Source: an uncultured Desulfospira sp. (GTDB taxonomy: Bacteria > Desulfobacterota > Desulfobacteria > Desulfobacterales > Desulfobacteraceae). From it: DNA of 64,000 bases. This document shows, in pieces, positions 29,518 to 40,929 of this stretch (the stretch's first letter is position 1; every line of letters begins with the position of its first letter). The translations under genes were made by a program, and so were the position numbers. A model generated the notes under the pieces. The model was not told the origin of the DNA, ran no database searches, and saw nothing but the letters and a program-made list of their open reading frames with translations. The stretch lies in the NCBI GenBank assembly GCA_963663165.1, contig OY760175.1:3424001-3488000 (forward strand), read 5' to 3'.

Positions 29518-31862
29518 TGAAAACCATGGATAAAAAATACGGCGTATATATCTGCACAGGCTGTGGAATCGGCGATACCCTGGACATGGAAGCTCTGGAG
29601 GGTGTTCCGGACGAAGAAGGTGTCAATTGCACCACCCATCCGTTCCTGTGCTCCAAAGAAGGTGTGGAACTCATCCAGAAAGATATTGATGAAGGCAAAT
29701 GCAATACCATGGTCATTGCGGCCTGTTCCAGAAGGGTCAATTTTGACGTATTCAATTTTGCCGGGTGTATTGTTGAGCGTGTGAACTTAAGAGAAGGCGT
29801 GGTATGGCCCCACTCCAGGGAAACCTACCCGGCTCTTGCCGAAGACCAGAAAGATGACGGAGAACATTTTGATCCGGTCCAGATGAAAGCCGAGGACTAC
29901 ATCAAAATGGGCATGATCCGCACAGAAAAAGTCAAACTGCCCGAACCTTATAAAACCGAGTCTTTTTCCAAGAAAATTCTGGTTCTCGGCGGCGGTGTTA
30001 CCGGCATGGCAGCCGCCTTGGATGCCGCCAAGACTGGTTATGACGTCACCATTGTTGAAAAAACCGCTGCCTTGGGGGGGTATGCCGCCAAGCTTAGAAG
30101 CCAGATGCCGGTCAAAGAGCCCTTTGAATCGCTTCAGGCCCCGGTGGTGGACGCCATGGTCCAGGAGATCCAGAGTTTCTCCAATATTGATGTCCGGACC
30201 AACTGCGAAGTGGCCCGTATTGCCGGTCAGCCCGGTGAATTCACCGTAACCTTTAAAAAACCCGGTGAAAAAGTCCCCTTTGACGTTCCCTTCCCACTGC
30301 CTGAAGAAATGCTGGTAGATGAGAACGGCAAGGAACTCAACGCAGAAGACGCCCATGCCAAATACCTTGAGTACAACGCAGGTAGAGAAGATATCCTGAA
30401 ACTGGACCCCAACGGTGAACTTTACGGTGCGGTGGTTCTGGCTGCCGGCTGGCGGCCTGATGTCCTCAAGGGCGAAGCTTTCGAACACCTTGGACTGGAT
30501 CTGCCCGACGTCATCACCAACCACGAGTTTGAGCAGATTGCCGCCAAGGGAAAAATCGTGAGACCCTCTGACGGAAAAGAAGCCAAAAACGTGGTCTTCA
30601 TCCAGTCTCCGGGCAAGGATGAGGATGATTCCGATTTTGAATACACCGGTTCGGTTACCTCCCAGGTAGCCTTAAAACAGGCCAAATACGTCAGGGAAGA
30701 CTACGAAGACGGCAAGGCCTATATCATCTACCAGCACATGAGAACCCCGGGTCTCCAGGAAAACTTTTACAAAAGCATGCAGCAGGATGACGGTATTTTC
30801 ATGACCAAAGGCGCGGTCACTCAGGTTGAATCCCAGGGCGGCGGCCTTGCGGTCACTGCCACCAACACCCTTCTTGGGGACAACCTGGGCATCCAGGCTG
30901 ACCTGGTTGTGGTTGCCAGCGGCATGGTACCGGTGACCAAAGATGATCCCATCATCAACCTGGCCTACCGCCAGGGCCCGGGATTCAGGGATAACGATAT
31001 CTTTGGCCAGTATGCCGACTCCAACTATATCTGCTTTCCTTATGAGACTCAGAGAACCGGTATTTACGCGGCGGGCACCGTAAGACGGGCCATGACCATT
31101 GAAGAGTGTATCGAGGATGCATCCGGTGCTGCCCTTAAAGCCATTCAGTGTATAGAAAGTGCTAACCGCGGCATGGCTGTTCACCCCAGATCCGGTGACA
31201 TGACCTATCCGGACTTTTTCTTCCAGAGATGCACCCAGTGCAAGAGATGTACGGTTGAGTGCCCCTTCGGCGCACTGGACGATGATGAAAGAGGAACCCC
31301 TAAGGCCAACCCGACCCGCTGCCGCCGTTGCGGTACCTGCATGGGTGCCTGCCCTGAGAGGATCATCTCTTTTGCCGATTACACCATTGACAGTATTGGT
31401 TCCCAGGTCAAGGCTGTGGGTGTCCCGTCTGAAGACGACTATGATGAACCGCCCCTGCGCTTCCTTGCTTTGATTTGCGAAAACGATGCCTATCCTGCCC
31501 TGGATATGGTCGGCATGAACAAAATTGATTATTCCCCCAATGTCCGGGTCATTCCGGTCCGGTGCCTGGGGTCTGTGAACACCATCTGGATCAAAGACGC
31601 CCTGGCCCAGGGCATGGACGGTGTTATTCTCATCGGGTGCAAACACGGTGATGATTACCAGTGCCATTTTGTCAAAGGTTCCGAGCTTGCCGAAATCAGG
31701 GTCAAGAAAATCGGGGATGCCCTGGCCAGCCTGGCCCTTGAAGAAGAGCGCGTGGCCTTTGCAGAAGTTGCCATTGATGAATATGATAAACTGCCCGGAA
31801 TCATCAATGAGTTTGTAGACGAAGTTGAAGGCCTTGGTCCGAACCCCTTCAAAGGATTCTAA
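29517..31862 (+). CDS. qmoB: QmoB (HdrA-like plus MvhD-like domain)
   Basis: AACS, GGGVTG, CTQCKRCTVECP, CRRCGTCMGACP, CENDAYP and GCKHGDDYQCHF motifs. Confidence 0.95.
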   Translation: MKTMDKKYGVYICTGCGIGDTLDMEALEGVPDEEGVNCTTHPFLCSKEGVELIQKDIDEGKCNTMVIAACSRRVNFDVFNFAGCIVERVNLREGVVWPHSRETYPALAEDQKDDGEHFDPVQMKAEDYIKMGMIRTEKVKLPEPYKTESFSKKILVLGGGVTGMAAALDAAKTGYDVTIVEKTAALGGYAAKLRSQMPVKEPFESLQAPVVDAMVQEIQSFSNIDVRTNCEVARIAGQPGEFTVTFKKPGEKVPFDVPFPLPEEMLVDENGKELNAEDAHAKYLEYNAGREDILKLDPNGELYGAVVLAAGWRPDVLKGEAFEHLGLDLPDVITNHEFEQIAAKGKIVRPSDGKEAKNVVFIQSPGKDEDDSDFEYTGSVTSQVALKQAKYVREDYEDGKAYIIYQHMRTPGLQENFYKSMQQDDGIFMTKGAVTQVESQGGGLAVTATNTLLGDNLGIQADLVVVASGMVPVTKDDPIINLAYRQGPGFRDNDIFGQYADSNYICFPYETQRTGIYAAGTVRRAMTIEECIEDASGAALKAIQCIESANRGMAVHPRSGDMTYPDFFFQRCTQCKRCTVECPFGALDDDERGTPKANPTRCRRCGTCMGACPERIISFADYTIDSIGSQVKAVGVPSEDDYDEPPLRFLALICENDAYPALDMVGMNKIDYSPNVRVIPVRCLGSVNTIWIKDALAQGMDGVILIGCKHGDDYQCHFVKGSELAEIRVKKIGDALASLALEEERVAFAEVAIDEYDKLPGIINEFVDEVEGLGPNPFKGF

Positions 31863-31898
31863 CGATCGGTTACCCATACAATATGGAGGTGTAAAAAT

Positions 31899-33104
31899 AT
31901 GTCTGAAAAATATCTTGCTCAACCGGATCTTGGCTTTATTGCCCAGGTAAGGGGTTTAGGCGGAGAGACATTAAAAAAATGTTTTCAATGCGCCACATGT
32001 TCAGTTGCCTGCCCCATTGCCCCGGAAGACAGCCCTTTTCCCAGAAAGGAAATGATCGCTGCCTCTTGGGGGCTTAAGGACAAACTCGTCGGCAACGGCG
32101 ACATCTGGCTTTGCCATCAATGCGGGGACTGCAGCGACCTTTGTCCCCGGGGTGCAGCGCCTGGTGATGTTCTGGCGGCCATCCGCTCTGCGGCCATTAC
32201 CGAGTATGCCCAACCCAAGGCATTGGCCTATGCGGTCAATGATCCCAAAAAACTGCCCCTGCTGATCGGCATTCCGGCAGTCTGGTTTGCATTGCTGGCC
32301 TTTATCACCATGAATCTTGGCGGCACCATGGAAAAGATTTTCCATGCCCTGTTCGGGGATGCCCTTGGCGGCCGCCTTCACTGGTCTCATATGCATGAAG
32401 GCGCAGAGCATGTCATTGCCCATGCCAACTTCATTTCCACATGGTTTGTGGACATGACCTTTATTCCTACAGCTACTTTTGCCGCAGTTATTTTTCTGCT
32501 GGCCTTAAAGCGGTTTACGGTTGACATTCATAACAATGCGGTCCTGGAAGGAAAGACCGACAAAACCGACCTGGACTACAAAGGATTGTTCCAAGCCCTT
32601 TTAAAGGTCATTCCCACGGTTCTCAAGCATGAAAAATTTAATCAGTGCGAAGCCAACAAGGACCGGGCTACCCCGCATATGATGGTGCTGTATGCCTTTA
32701 TCGGCCTTTTTATTGTTACGGCTGTCTGCGGGACCATGCTTTACCTTGGCGGCTATCCCGGACCATACCCCCAGCTGAACCCCATTAAATGGCTGGCCAA
32801 TATTGCCGGCGTTGCCCTGGTGATCGGTTCAGGGATCATGATTAAAAACAGACTGGACAACAAAGATCAGATCACCGCTTATAAAGACTGGTTTATCCTG
32901 GGCATTGTCTTTGCCTTAGGCCTGACCGGCATGCTGACTGAAATGGCACGTCTGGCTCATCTGGAGTGGATTTCATACTTTATCTACTGGCTCCACCTGA
33001 TTGCTGTTTTCAACCTGTTTGCCTATCTGCCCTTTTCCAAAATGGCTCACCTGGTTTACCGGCTGGTAGCCATGGCCTATGCGGAATACGGCAATAGAAA
33101 ATAA
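31899..33104 (+). CDS. qmoC: QmoC (HdrC-like Fe-S domain plus heme-b membrane domain)
   Basis: CFQCATCSVACP, CHQCGDCSDLCPRGA, TM helices, and YLPFSKMAH. Confidence 0.95.
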   Translation: MSEKYLAQPDLGFIAQVRGLGGETLKKCFQCATCSVACPIAPEDSPFPRKEMIAASWGLKDKLVGNGDIWLCHQCGDCSDLCPRGAAPGDVLAAIRSAAITEYAQPKALAYAVNDPKKLPLLIGIPAVWFALLAFITMNLGGTMEKIFHALFGDALGGRLHWSHMHEGAEHVIAHANFISTWFVDMTFIPTATFAAVIFLLALKRFTVDIHNNAVLEGKTDKTDLDYKGLFQALLKVIPTVLKHEKFNQCEANKDRATPHMMVLYAFIGLFIVTAVCGTMLYLGGYPGPYPQLNPIKWLANIAGVALVIGSGIMIKNRLDNKDQITAYKDWFILGIVFALGLTGMLTEMARLAHLEWISYFIYWLHLIAVFNLFAYLPFSKMAHLVYRLVAMAYAEYGNRK

Positions 33105-33140
33105 GCCAGTTTAAGCTGGATTTCCCAGCGGTTTAAATTT

Positions 33141-33174
33141 AAAGGGGGGCTGATTTATCAGCCCCCCTTTTTTT
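33141..33174 (+). terminator. Intrinsic terminator after qmoC
   Basis: AAAGGGGGGCTGA-TTTA-TCAGCCCCCCTTT followed by a T-tract. Confidence 0.88.
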
Positions 33175-33278
33175 CTTGCTTTTTTCGCCAAACAATATTA
33201 TGGCACTTGCAATCGCATTTTCACATTAAACGGTATGATCGGCGGATTCTGGAAATGAACTCACAAGGAGGCATTGCT

Positions 33279-33479
33279 TTGTTGCAGGGTAAGATTAAGT
33301 GGTTTAATTCTAAGAAAGGGTTCGGTTTTATTGAGCAAGAAGATGGAGAAGACGTGTTTGTTCATTATTCGGTCATAGAGATGACCGGGTTCAAAACACT
33401 CAACGAAGGGGATCGGGTTGAATTTGAAATCCAGGAAAGCGGCAGAGGGCTTGCGGCGACCCGGGTTGTAAAAGCTTAA
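33279..33479 (+). CDS. Cold-shock protein (CspA family)
   Basis: GKIKWFN.KKGFGFI, DVFVHYS and GFKTL.EG motifs; TTG start after AGGAGG. Confidence 0.93.
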   Translation: MLQGKIKWFNSKKGFGFIEQEDGEDVFVHYSVIEMTGFKTLNEGDRVEFEIQESGRGLAATRVVKA

Positions 33480-33499
33480 GGCTTGTCCGCCGCCAACCG

Positions 33500-34189
33500 A
33501 TAGTTTTCTATTCCCTTCCGGGAGGTCAACCCCCATGGTATTGTAATAATGGCGGATTTCCTTCATCTCTGTAATCAAATCGGCAGCGTCCATCAATTTT
33601 GCAGAACCTCTCCGGCCGGTAAGGTAGCAAGTTAAAATAAGCTGTACAAATTGCGCCGAATTTTTCTTTGTTTTCAAGGCGGACAAAGGCGCGCATAACG
33701 AGCTATGTGTGCCTTTGTCCAACGAAGAAAACATCAGAAAAAGGCAAGTAAGGTGTATAAGTTATTTTAACTTGCTGCCTAAGTATCAATCGTTGTTGAT
33801 TTGGGCTTGTCCTGTATCAGGGCCAGGATTTCTTCTTCTGAAATCAGGCCAGACCATACCGCCACAATTATTTCATCCATGATCGCGATATCATGGGCAT
33901 TTTTTTTAAAAACCGTTTTCATCCGGTCTATCTCTTTTTGGGCCAGCGCCCGGTGAAACCCTGCATCCTGATCCTTTTTGGTAAAGTCCTCACTGCCGAA
34001 CTGCTCAATTTCAACTCCAGGCAGGTATTTAATGGCCGTCAACTCACCATAGTGCTGTCCTTTCATAAACTGCCCGATAAATACCTAAGGTCCTCTGCCA
34101 CAGGCCCTGACAGCCAACCCAAGGGCAGCGGGGGTTGTTTTTCCTTTTCCGCCTCCGGTGTAGATATGAATGTCTCCCTTTTCCAGCAT
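33500..34189 (-). pseudogene. cobO: Cob(I)yrinic acid a,c-diamide adenosyltransferase (CobO/BtuR family) pseudogene
   Basis: MLEKGDIHIYTGGGKGKTTPAALGLA.RA.G.G* VFIGQFMKG ... MDEI ... LILTGR ... ADLITEMKEIRHYY ... RKGIE, with an in-frame TAG, frameshifts and a MITE insertion. Confidence 0.88.
33623..33779. mobile_element. 157-bp MITE (element D) with ~26-bp imperfect TIRs and a TAA target-site duplication
   Basis: TAA-GGTAGCAAGTTAAAATAAGCTGTACA...TGTATAAGTTATTTTAACTTGCTGCC-TAA. The empty site restores the codons for LILTGR. Confidence 0.88.
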
Positions 34190-34246
34190 CTTAATTCCAG
34201 TATAATTAAATTAACTTTATAAATGCTTAAATTAATGATTGCATAA

Positions 34247-35380
<1,134 letters not shown>

Positions 35381-35383
<3 letters not shown>

Positions 35384-35533
35384 TGCCTGAACGGAAACCC
35401 CCGTGTTTGAACGAAAAGTTGCGCAGATGCAAGGTGTAAAAAAATTTGAAACCGGCGCAACCATGGGGTTGTAAGGATTTCATTTTTTTTCTTGCAACGC
35501 AGCAGATGGATGACTTTTCGTTCAAACAGCATA
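35381..35533 (+). mobile_element. Repeat family A copy 2; its TAG is the leuB stop codon
   Basis: TAGTGCCTGAAC...GTTTGAACGAAAAG...GATGCAAGG...CAACGCAGCAGATGG...CTTTTCGTTCAAAC. Confidence 0.8.
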
Positions 35534-35538
35534 AATTG

Positions 35539-35574
35539 AAAAAGGCCTTTCAGGTAATCTGAAAGGCCTTTTTT
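35539..35574. terminator. Bidirectional terminator between leuB and the tRNA pair
   Basis: AAAAAGGCCTTTCAG-GTAAT-CTGAAAGGCCTTTTTT. Confidence 0.85.
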
Positions 35575-35580
35575 ATTTTG

Positions 35581-35657
35581 TGGCGGGAGTGACGAGACTC
35601 GAACTCGCGGCCTCTAGCGTGACAGGCTAGCGTTCTAACCAACTGAACTACACCCCC
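35581..35657 (-). tRNA. tRNA-Asp(GTC)
   Basis: GGGGGTGTAGTTCAGTTGGTTAGAACG CTAGC CTGTCAC GCTAG ...GTTCGAGTC...CCGCCA. Confidence 0.97.
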
Positions 35658-35683
35658 GGTTGAACTCTTTGTTTTTCATAATC

Positions 35684-35759
35684 TGGTGGGCGATGCAGGG
35701 CTTGAACCTGCGACTTCAACCTTGTAAGGGTTGCACTCTCCCAACTGAGTTAATCGCCC
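35684..35759 (-). tRNA. tRNA-Val(TAC)
   Basis: GGGCGATTAACTCAGTTGGGAGAGTG CAACC CTTACAA GGTTG ...GTTCAAG...CCCACCA. Confidence 0.97.
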
Positions 35760-35948
35760 GAAAAACAGGAGGATTTATACCAGCATCCCATATTGAAGTC
35801 AAGCGGAATTTAATGAATAATTTTTTTTTGGCAAATAAAATTTTAACCGGCCGGGCTCAACAAAATTATAGGTTTAGCATCTGTAAAAAAAGGGGGTATC
35901 AAAGCCCGGGTATTTTCGAAAAATCAAACGGTTTTATGGGCCATTGCC

Positions 35949-35977
35949 TTGCAACGGCCGGTTTATCATGGTATATT
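35949..35977 (+). promoter_or_regulatory. Candidate sigma70 promoter for rho (implies a ~230-nt leader)
   Basis: TTGCAA-17 bp-TATATT with an extended -10 TG. Confidence 0.5.
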
Positions 35978-36092
35978 CAAATCCATATATAGTTAATATT
36001 CAACGTTTTCTATAACAGGGCTATTTTTTCTTTTCTTCCGTGGCAACATTAGTCCATAAAAAAAGCAGTGAATCCTTGAAATTTTTTAATAA

Positions 36093-36179
36093 CTGCCACG
36101 GGCCGTCTTGGTTATCCAACCAAGAACCGCCCACAACAAATAATGAAAGTCTTCTCAAGATGTTAGTGAGCCTTTCATA
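36093..36179 (+). mobile_element. Repeat family B copy 4, in the rho leader
   Basis: TAA-CTGCCACGGGCCGTCTTGGTTATCCAACCAAG...GTTAGTGAGCCTTTCATA-TAA. Confidence 0.85.
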
Positions 36180-36211
36180 TAAACATAAAACCTACCGGCT
36201 AAGGAGTTGAT

Positions 36212-37282
36212 ATGGAACCCGTTCAGGGATACCTGGAAATTATGGACAAAGGGTTTGGATTTTTAAGGGAAATTGAGGAAAATTTTCAACCCCGGCCTGA
36301 GAATCCTTACGTTTCCAATGCACTGATCCGGAAACTCAACTTAAGAGAAGGAAGTTTCATTAACGGATTTGGGGAAAAAAAAGGACCAGACAACCCAAAC
36401 CTGGCATTAAACCGGGTTGAAACGGTTAATGGATATCCCCTTGATGTTTTTTTGAGCTTTCCCATGCTTCAGGACCAGATCAGCGTCAACCCTTATGAAA
36501 GATACTTTCTGACACAAGATGAAGATGATATTACCGGCAAAGCCTTAGACTTGATTGTTCCCATCGGGATGGGCCAGAGAGGGTTGATCATCGCGCCGCC
36601 CAAATCCGGGAAAACCACCATTTTACGGCACATGGCCAACTCCATTGTCCACAACCATCCCGAAGCAAAAGTGTTTATTCTTTTGGTGGATGAACGGCCT
36701 GAAGAGGTGACGGATTTTCAACGGGGGCTCAAAGAGGCCAATGTCCTATACTCTTCGGCCGACCAGCAGATCGGCCAGCACATGAGAATGACACGGCTTG
36801 CTATTCATACGGCCATCCGTTGTGCGGAGATCGGACAGGATGCGGTGGTGTTTATTGACTCCCTTACCCGGATGACCCGGGCCTTTAACGCAGACACGGA
36901 CAGTTTTGGAAAGACGTTGACCGGCGGCCTTGGGGCCAATGCCATGGAATTTCCCAGAAAAATTTTCGGGGCCGCACGAAAACTGGAAAACGGCGGCTCT
37001 TTGACCATCATTGCCACTATCCTGGTGGACACCGGTTCCAAAATGGATGATATTATTTTTCAGGAATTTAAAGGGACTGGAAATATGGACCTTTTCCTGT
37101 CCAGGGATTGCGCGGAACACCGGGTCTGGCCGGCCATCAATATCAATAAATCAGGAACCCGAAAAGAAGACCTGCTCATGGACAAAGAAGAGCAGGAAGA
37201 AATTATCGCCATTCGAAGAAGCATTGCCACAAAAGACGAAGTGGCTGCAATGTCTGAGTTTATCTCCTACCTGGAAGGTTAA
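36212..37282 (+). CDS. rho: Transcription termination factor Rho, short form (356 aa)
   Basis: GFGFLR OB-fold, APPKSGKT P-loop, [22 protein letters not shown] and SGTRKE motifs. Confidence 0.93.
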   Translation: MEPVQGYLEIMDKGFGFLREIEENFQPRPENPYVSNALIRKLNLREGSFINGFGEKKGPDNPNLALNRVETVNGYPLDVFLSFPMLQDQISVNPYERYFLTQDEDDITGKALDLIVPIGMGQRGLIIAPPKSGKTTILRHMANSIVHNHPEAKVFILLVDERPEEVTDFQRGLKEANVLYSSADQQIGQHMRMTRLAIHTAIRCAEIGQDAVVFIDSLTRMTRAFNADTDSFGKTLTGGLGANAMEFPRKIFGAARKLENGGSLTIIATILVDTGSKMDDIIFQEFKGTGNMDLFLSRDCAEHRVWPAININKSGTRKEDLLMDKEEQEEIIAIRRSIATKDEVAAMSEFISYLEG

Positions 37283-37287
37283 GCCCG

Positions 37288-39654
37288 TTAATTTGCTTCT
37301 TTGTTGATCAGGGCATTGCTCAGCACCTGATCCATATCCTCCACAAATACAATTTCCAGTTGGTTTTGGATGGATTTGGGGATTTCACGGATGTCTTTTT
37401 TATTTTCCAGGCAGACCAGCACCTTTTTGATCCCATTGGCATGGGCCGCTAAAAGTTTTTCCTTAACGCCGCCAATGGGCAGAACCCTTCCGCGCAACGT
37501 AATCTCTCCGGTCATGGCAACGTTTCGGTCAACGGGATTGGCCGTGAGCACCGAGACCACGGCGGTACACATGGCAATGCCGGCGGATGGGCCGTCTTTG
37601 GGGATGGCGCCCTCAGGCACATGGATGTGGATGTCCAGATCCTTATAAAATTCTTCTTTAATCCCGAGCTCTTTACTCCGGGACCGGACATAGGATACTG
37701 CGGCCTGGGAAGATTCTTTCATAACATCGCCAAGCTTTCCCGTGACCATTACTTTGCCCCTCCCCGGCATGCTGACCGCTTCAATGGTGAGCAGCTCTCC
37801 GCCGGCCTGGGTCCAGGCAAGGCCGGTAACAATCCCGATCTTGCTTTCCTTTTCTATGGCGCTGTCACGAAACCGGGTCTGACCTAAATAGGTGGTCAAA
37901 TTACCGGCGGTGATATGCCGTAATTTTCTTTGGTTGTTCTTAACAATCTGGGTGGCAATTTTCCTGAAAACCGAAGATATCTCCCGCTCAAGATTCCTTA
38001 CCCCGGCCTCTTTGGTATACTGCTTGATAATGGCGGTGATGGCATTTTTTGAGAACTGGACATCATCTTCATTGAGCCCGTTTTCCTTGAGCTGCTTTGG
38101 TATCAGATGGCCGGTAGCGATTTTTGCCTTTTCATATTCTGTATACCCGGGGATCTGAATAATCTCCATGCGATCCCTTAAAGGGGCTGGTATATCGTAG
38201 AGGGTATTGGCCGTGGTGATAAACAGGATCTGGGACAAATCATAATCCAATTCCAGGTAATGATCGGAAAAGTTTTTATTCTGTTCCGGGTCCAGGGCTT
38301 CAAGCAGGGCCGATGAGGGATCTCCCCTGAAATCCGAGGTCATTTTGTCGATTTCATCCAGGCAGAATACCGGATTGTTATACCCGACTTTTTTAAGGGC
38401 CTGGATGATTTTGCCGGGCATGGCCCCCACATAGGTCCGCCGATGTCCCCTGATTTCAGCTTCATCCCGGACACCCCCTAGAGATATCCTTGTAAAAGAC
38501 CGGCCTGTGGCAGACGCCACGGACCGTGCCAGAGAAGTTTTTCCCACCCCGGGAGGTCCCACCAGGCAAAGGATAGGGCCTTTAATCTTTTTGACCAGTT
38601 TCTGGACCGCCAGATATTCAAGAATCCGCTCTTTGGGCTTTGTGAGCCCGTAATGATCTTTTTCCAGCGTGGCTTCAGCGGCTGTAAGGTCAATGACAGC
38701 CCGGCTTTTCCGGTACCAGGGAAGATCAATGATCCAGTCAATATAATTTCTGACCACCGTGGCTTCTGATGACATGGGGGACATCATCTTAAGTTTTTCC
38801 AGTTCCTTTCGGACCACGCCGGCCGCGGCTTTGGGCATTCGCTTTCGTTTAATCCGGTTTTCAAGCTCCTGGAACTCTTCGGAGCCGCCCCCCTCTTCCC
38901 CCATTTCTTTTTTTATGGCCCGGATCTGCTCGTTCAGGTAATGCCGTTTCTGCAGCTTTTCCATCTGCTCTTTAACCCGCCCCTTGATTTTCTGGGACAT
39001 GGAAAACACCTGGGTCTCTTTCTGGATCAGTTTGAGCAAAAGAAAAAAACGCTCTTCAATATCGCCGCATTCCAGAAGCTGCTGTTTGTCGCTCACTTTA
39101 AAGGGCATCTGGGCGGCAATGATATCGGCATACCGTGAATCGTCTTCTTCCAGGCTTTCCAGATTCTTAAAAAAGCTTTTGGCCACGGCGCCGGACATGG
39201 CCGCATACTGGGCAAAGGATTCTGTCAGGGTTCGGCGGGCCGCTTCGGCCACCTCGCCGGGAATAGGCTTTTCCTGAATTTCAATATAATCGACCATCAG
39301 CAGGTTGTTGTCATCAACCAGCTTGATCACCCGTCCCCGCCGGCACCCTTCCACCAGGGCCTTAACCGTCCCGTCGGGCAGCCTGAGCAGCTGGGTGATT
39401 TTGGCCTCCGTGCCCACCTGGAAGATATCCTGAATATTGGGCTTTAAAACATCCGGGTCTTTCTGGGTGGTCAGGAAAATCTTTTTTTCCTGGGCCATGG
39501 CACCAGACAGGGCATTGATGGATTTCTCCCGGCCCACAAACACCGAGGTGGTGGTATAGGGGAACAGCACCATATCCCTTAAAGGAACCAGAGGTAAGGT
39601 TTTTGTTTCGCTTTCAGAACCGTCCTGTTGGAAGAATTTAGAAATGCTGATCAT
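37288..39654 (-). CDS. lon: ATP-dependent protease La
   Basis: GPPGVGKTS, DEIDK, PKDGPSAG and GGVKEK motifs. Confidence 0.98.
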   Translation of the reverse strand: MISISKFFQQDGSESETKTLPLVPLRDMVLFPYTTTSVFVGREKSINALSGAMAQEKKIFLTTQKDPDVLKPNIQDIFQVGTEAKITQLLRLPDGTVKALVEGCRRGRVIKLVDDNNLLMVDYIEIQEKPIPGEVAEAARRTLTESFAQYAAMSGAVAKSFFKNLESLEEDDSRYADIIAAQMPFKVSDKQQLLECGDIEERFFLLLKLIQKETQVFSMSQKIKGRVKEQMEKLQKRHYLNEQIRAIKKEMGEEGGGSEEFQELENRIKRKRMPKAAAGVVRKELEKLKMMSPMSSEATVVRNYIDWIIDLPWYRKSRAVIDLTAAEATLEKDHYGLTKPKERILEYLAVQKLVKKIKGPILCLVGPPGVGKTSLARSVASATGRSFTRISLGGVRDEAEIRGHRRTYVGAMPGKIIQALKKVGYNNPVFCLDEIDKMTSDFRGDPSSALLEALDPEQNKNFSDHYLELDYDLSQILFITTANTLYDIPAPLRDRMEIIQIPGYTEYEKAKIATGHLIPKQLKENGLNEDDVQFSKNAITAIIKQYTKEAGVRNLEREISSVFRKIATQIVKNNQRKLRHITAGNLTTYLGQTRFRDSAIEKESKIGIVTGLAWTQAGGELLTIEAVSMPGRGKVMVTGKLGDVMKESSQAAVSYVRSRSKELGIKEEFYKDLDIHIHVPEGAIPKDGPSAGIAMCTAVVSVLTANPVDRNVAMTGEITLRGRVLPIGGVKEKLLAAHANGIKKVLVCLENKKDIREIPKSIQNQLEIVFVEDMDQVLSNALINKEAN

Positions 39655-39666
39655 GTCGGTTTAATA

Positions 39667-40926
39667 TCAGGCCTGCTTTTTGGGTTGCTCGTAAAGCAGG
39701 ATGGGCGGCTCTTTTTTGAGGACCACTTCTTCACCGACCACGCATTCTCTTACATTTTCCATGGAAGGGATTTCATACATGATATCCAGCATGGTTTCCT
39801 CCATGATGGCCCGAAGCCCCCGGGCACCGGATTTTCGGGAAACCGCTTCTTTGGCCATAGCCTCGCAGGCTTCATCGGTAAACTGAAGGTCCACGCCCTC
39901 CACCTTGAAAAGTTCCCGGTATTGTTTGATCAGTGCGTTTTTGGGCTCGGTTAGAATCTTAACAAGGGAGGTCTTATTGAGTTCCCCGATGGACGTGATC
40001 ACGGGCAGACGGCCCAAAAATTCAGGAATCAGCCCGAATTTAATCAAGTCTTCGGGTTTGAGCTGCCCTAACAGCTCCCCGATACTGACGTCTTTCGGGC
40101 TTGAAATGTTTGCCCCAAATCCCATGCTTTTTTTATTGACCCGTTGTTCCACTATCTTTTCCAGGCCGGTAAAGGTCCCCCCGCAGATGAACAGGATATT
40201 GGATGTATCCACCTTGACATAATCCTGCTGGGGATGCTTGCGGCCGCCCTTTGGCGGAATAGAGGCCACCGTGCCTTCAATAATCTTGAGCAGGGCCTGC
40301 TGAACCCCTTCACCGGAAACATCACGGGTAATAGAAGGGTTATCGCCCCTCTGGGAAATCTTGTCAATCTCATCAATATAGATGATTCCCTTTTGCGCCT
40401 TTTCAATATCGTAATCGGCGTTCTGGACCAGAGAGAGAACTATGTTTTCAACATCTTCCCCGACATAACCGGCCTCGGTTAAGGCCGTGGCATCGGCAAT
40501 GGCAAAAGGGACGTTCAAAAACCGGGCAAGGGTCTGGGCCAACAGGGTCTTTCCGCACCCTGTCGGACCGATGATTAAGATATTGCTCTTTTGGATTTCA
40601 ACATCATCAGTCCCTTTTTCAACGTGTGACGCCAACCGTTTGTAATGGTTATATACGGCAACAGAAAGGACTTTCTTGGCCTGGTCCTGCTCAATGACAT
40701 AAGAATCAAGCTGTTCCTTGATTTTTTTGGGGACCGGAAAATCCTTTGTGGAAAGTTTTGCGGCACTCTGTTCCTTTTCCTCATCCTCAATGATTTCACT
40801 GCACAGTTTGATACATTCATTGCAGATATAGACGCTTGGTCCGGCAATGAGCTTTTTAACTTCCTTTTGATTTTTTCCGCAAAAAGAACAAAAAAACTGA
40901 TCGTTGGGTTCATCTTTTTTAGCCAT
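39667..40926 (-). CDS. clpX: ClpX ATPase subunit
   Basis: CSFCGK...CNEC zinc finger, [22 protein letters not shown] and RKHP motifs. Confidence 0.99.
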   Translation of the reverse strand: MAKKDEPNDQFFCSFCGKNQKEVKKLIAGPSVYICNECIKLCSEIIEDEEKEQSAAKLSTKDFPVPKKIKEQLDSYVIEQDQAKKVLSVAVYNHYKRLASHVEKGTDDVEIQKSNILIIGPTGCGKTLLAQTLARFLNVPFAIADATALTEAGYVGEDVENIVLSLVQNADYDIEKAQKGIIYIDEIDKISQRGDNPSITRDVSGEGVQQALLKIIEGTVASIPPKGGRKHPQQDYVKVDTSNILFICGGTFTGLEKIVEQRVNKKSMGFGANISSPKDVSIGELLGQLKPEDLIKFGLIPEFLGRLPVITSIGELNKTSLVKILTEPKNALIKQYRELFKVEGVDLQFTDEACEAMAKEAVSRKSGARGLRAIMEETMLDIMYEIPSMENVRECVVGEEVVLKKEPPILLYEQPKKQA

Positions 40927-40929
40927 GGA

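Noticed and set aside
25525..33104. Selenocysteine read-through in apr/qmo genes
   Set aside because: All five ORFs are full length without an in-frame TGA.
33625..33641. TAGCAAGTTAAAATAAG is identical over 17 nt to part of the S. pyogenes Cas9 tracrRNA/sgRNA scaffold
   Set aside because: It is one arm of a MITE terminal inverted repeat with a TAA duplication. The match stops before GCTAGTCCG, and there is no cas gene or CRISPR array in the window. Treated as coincidence.
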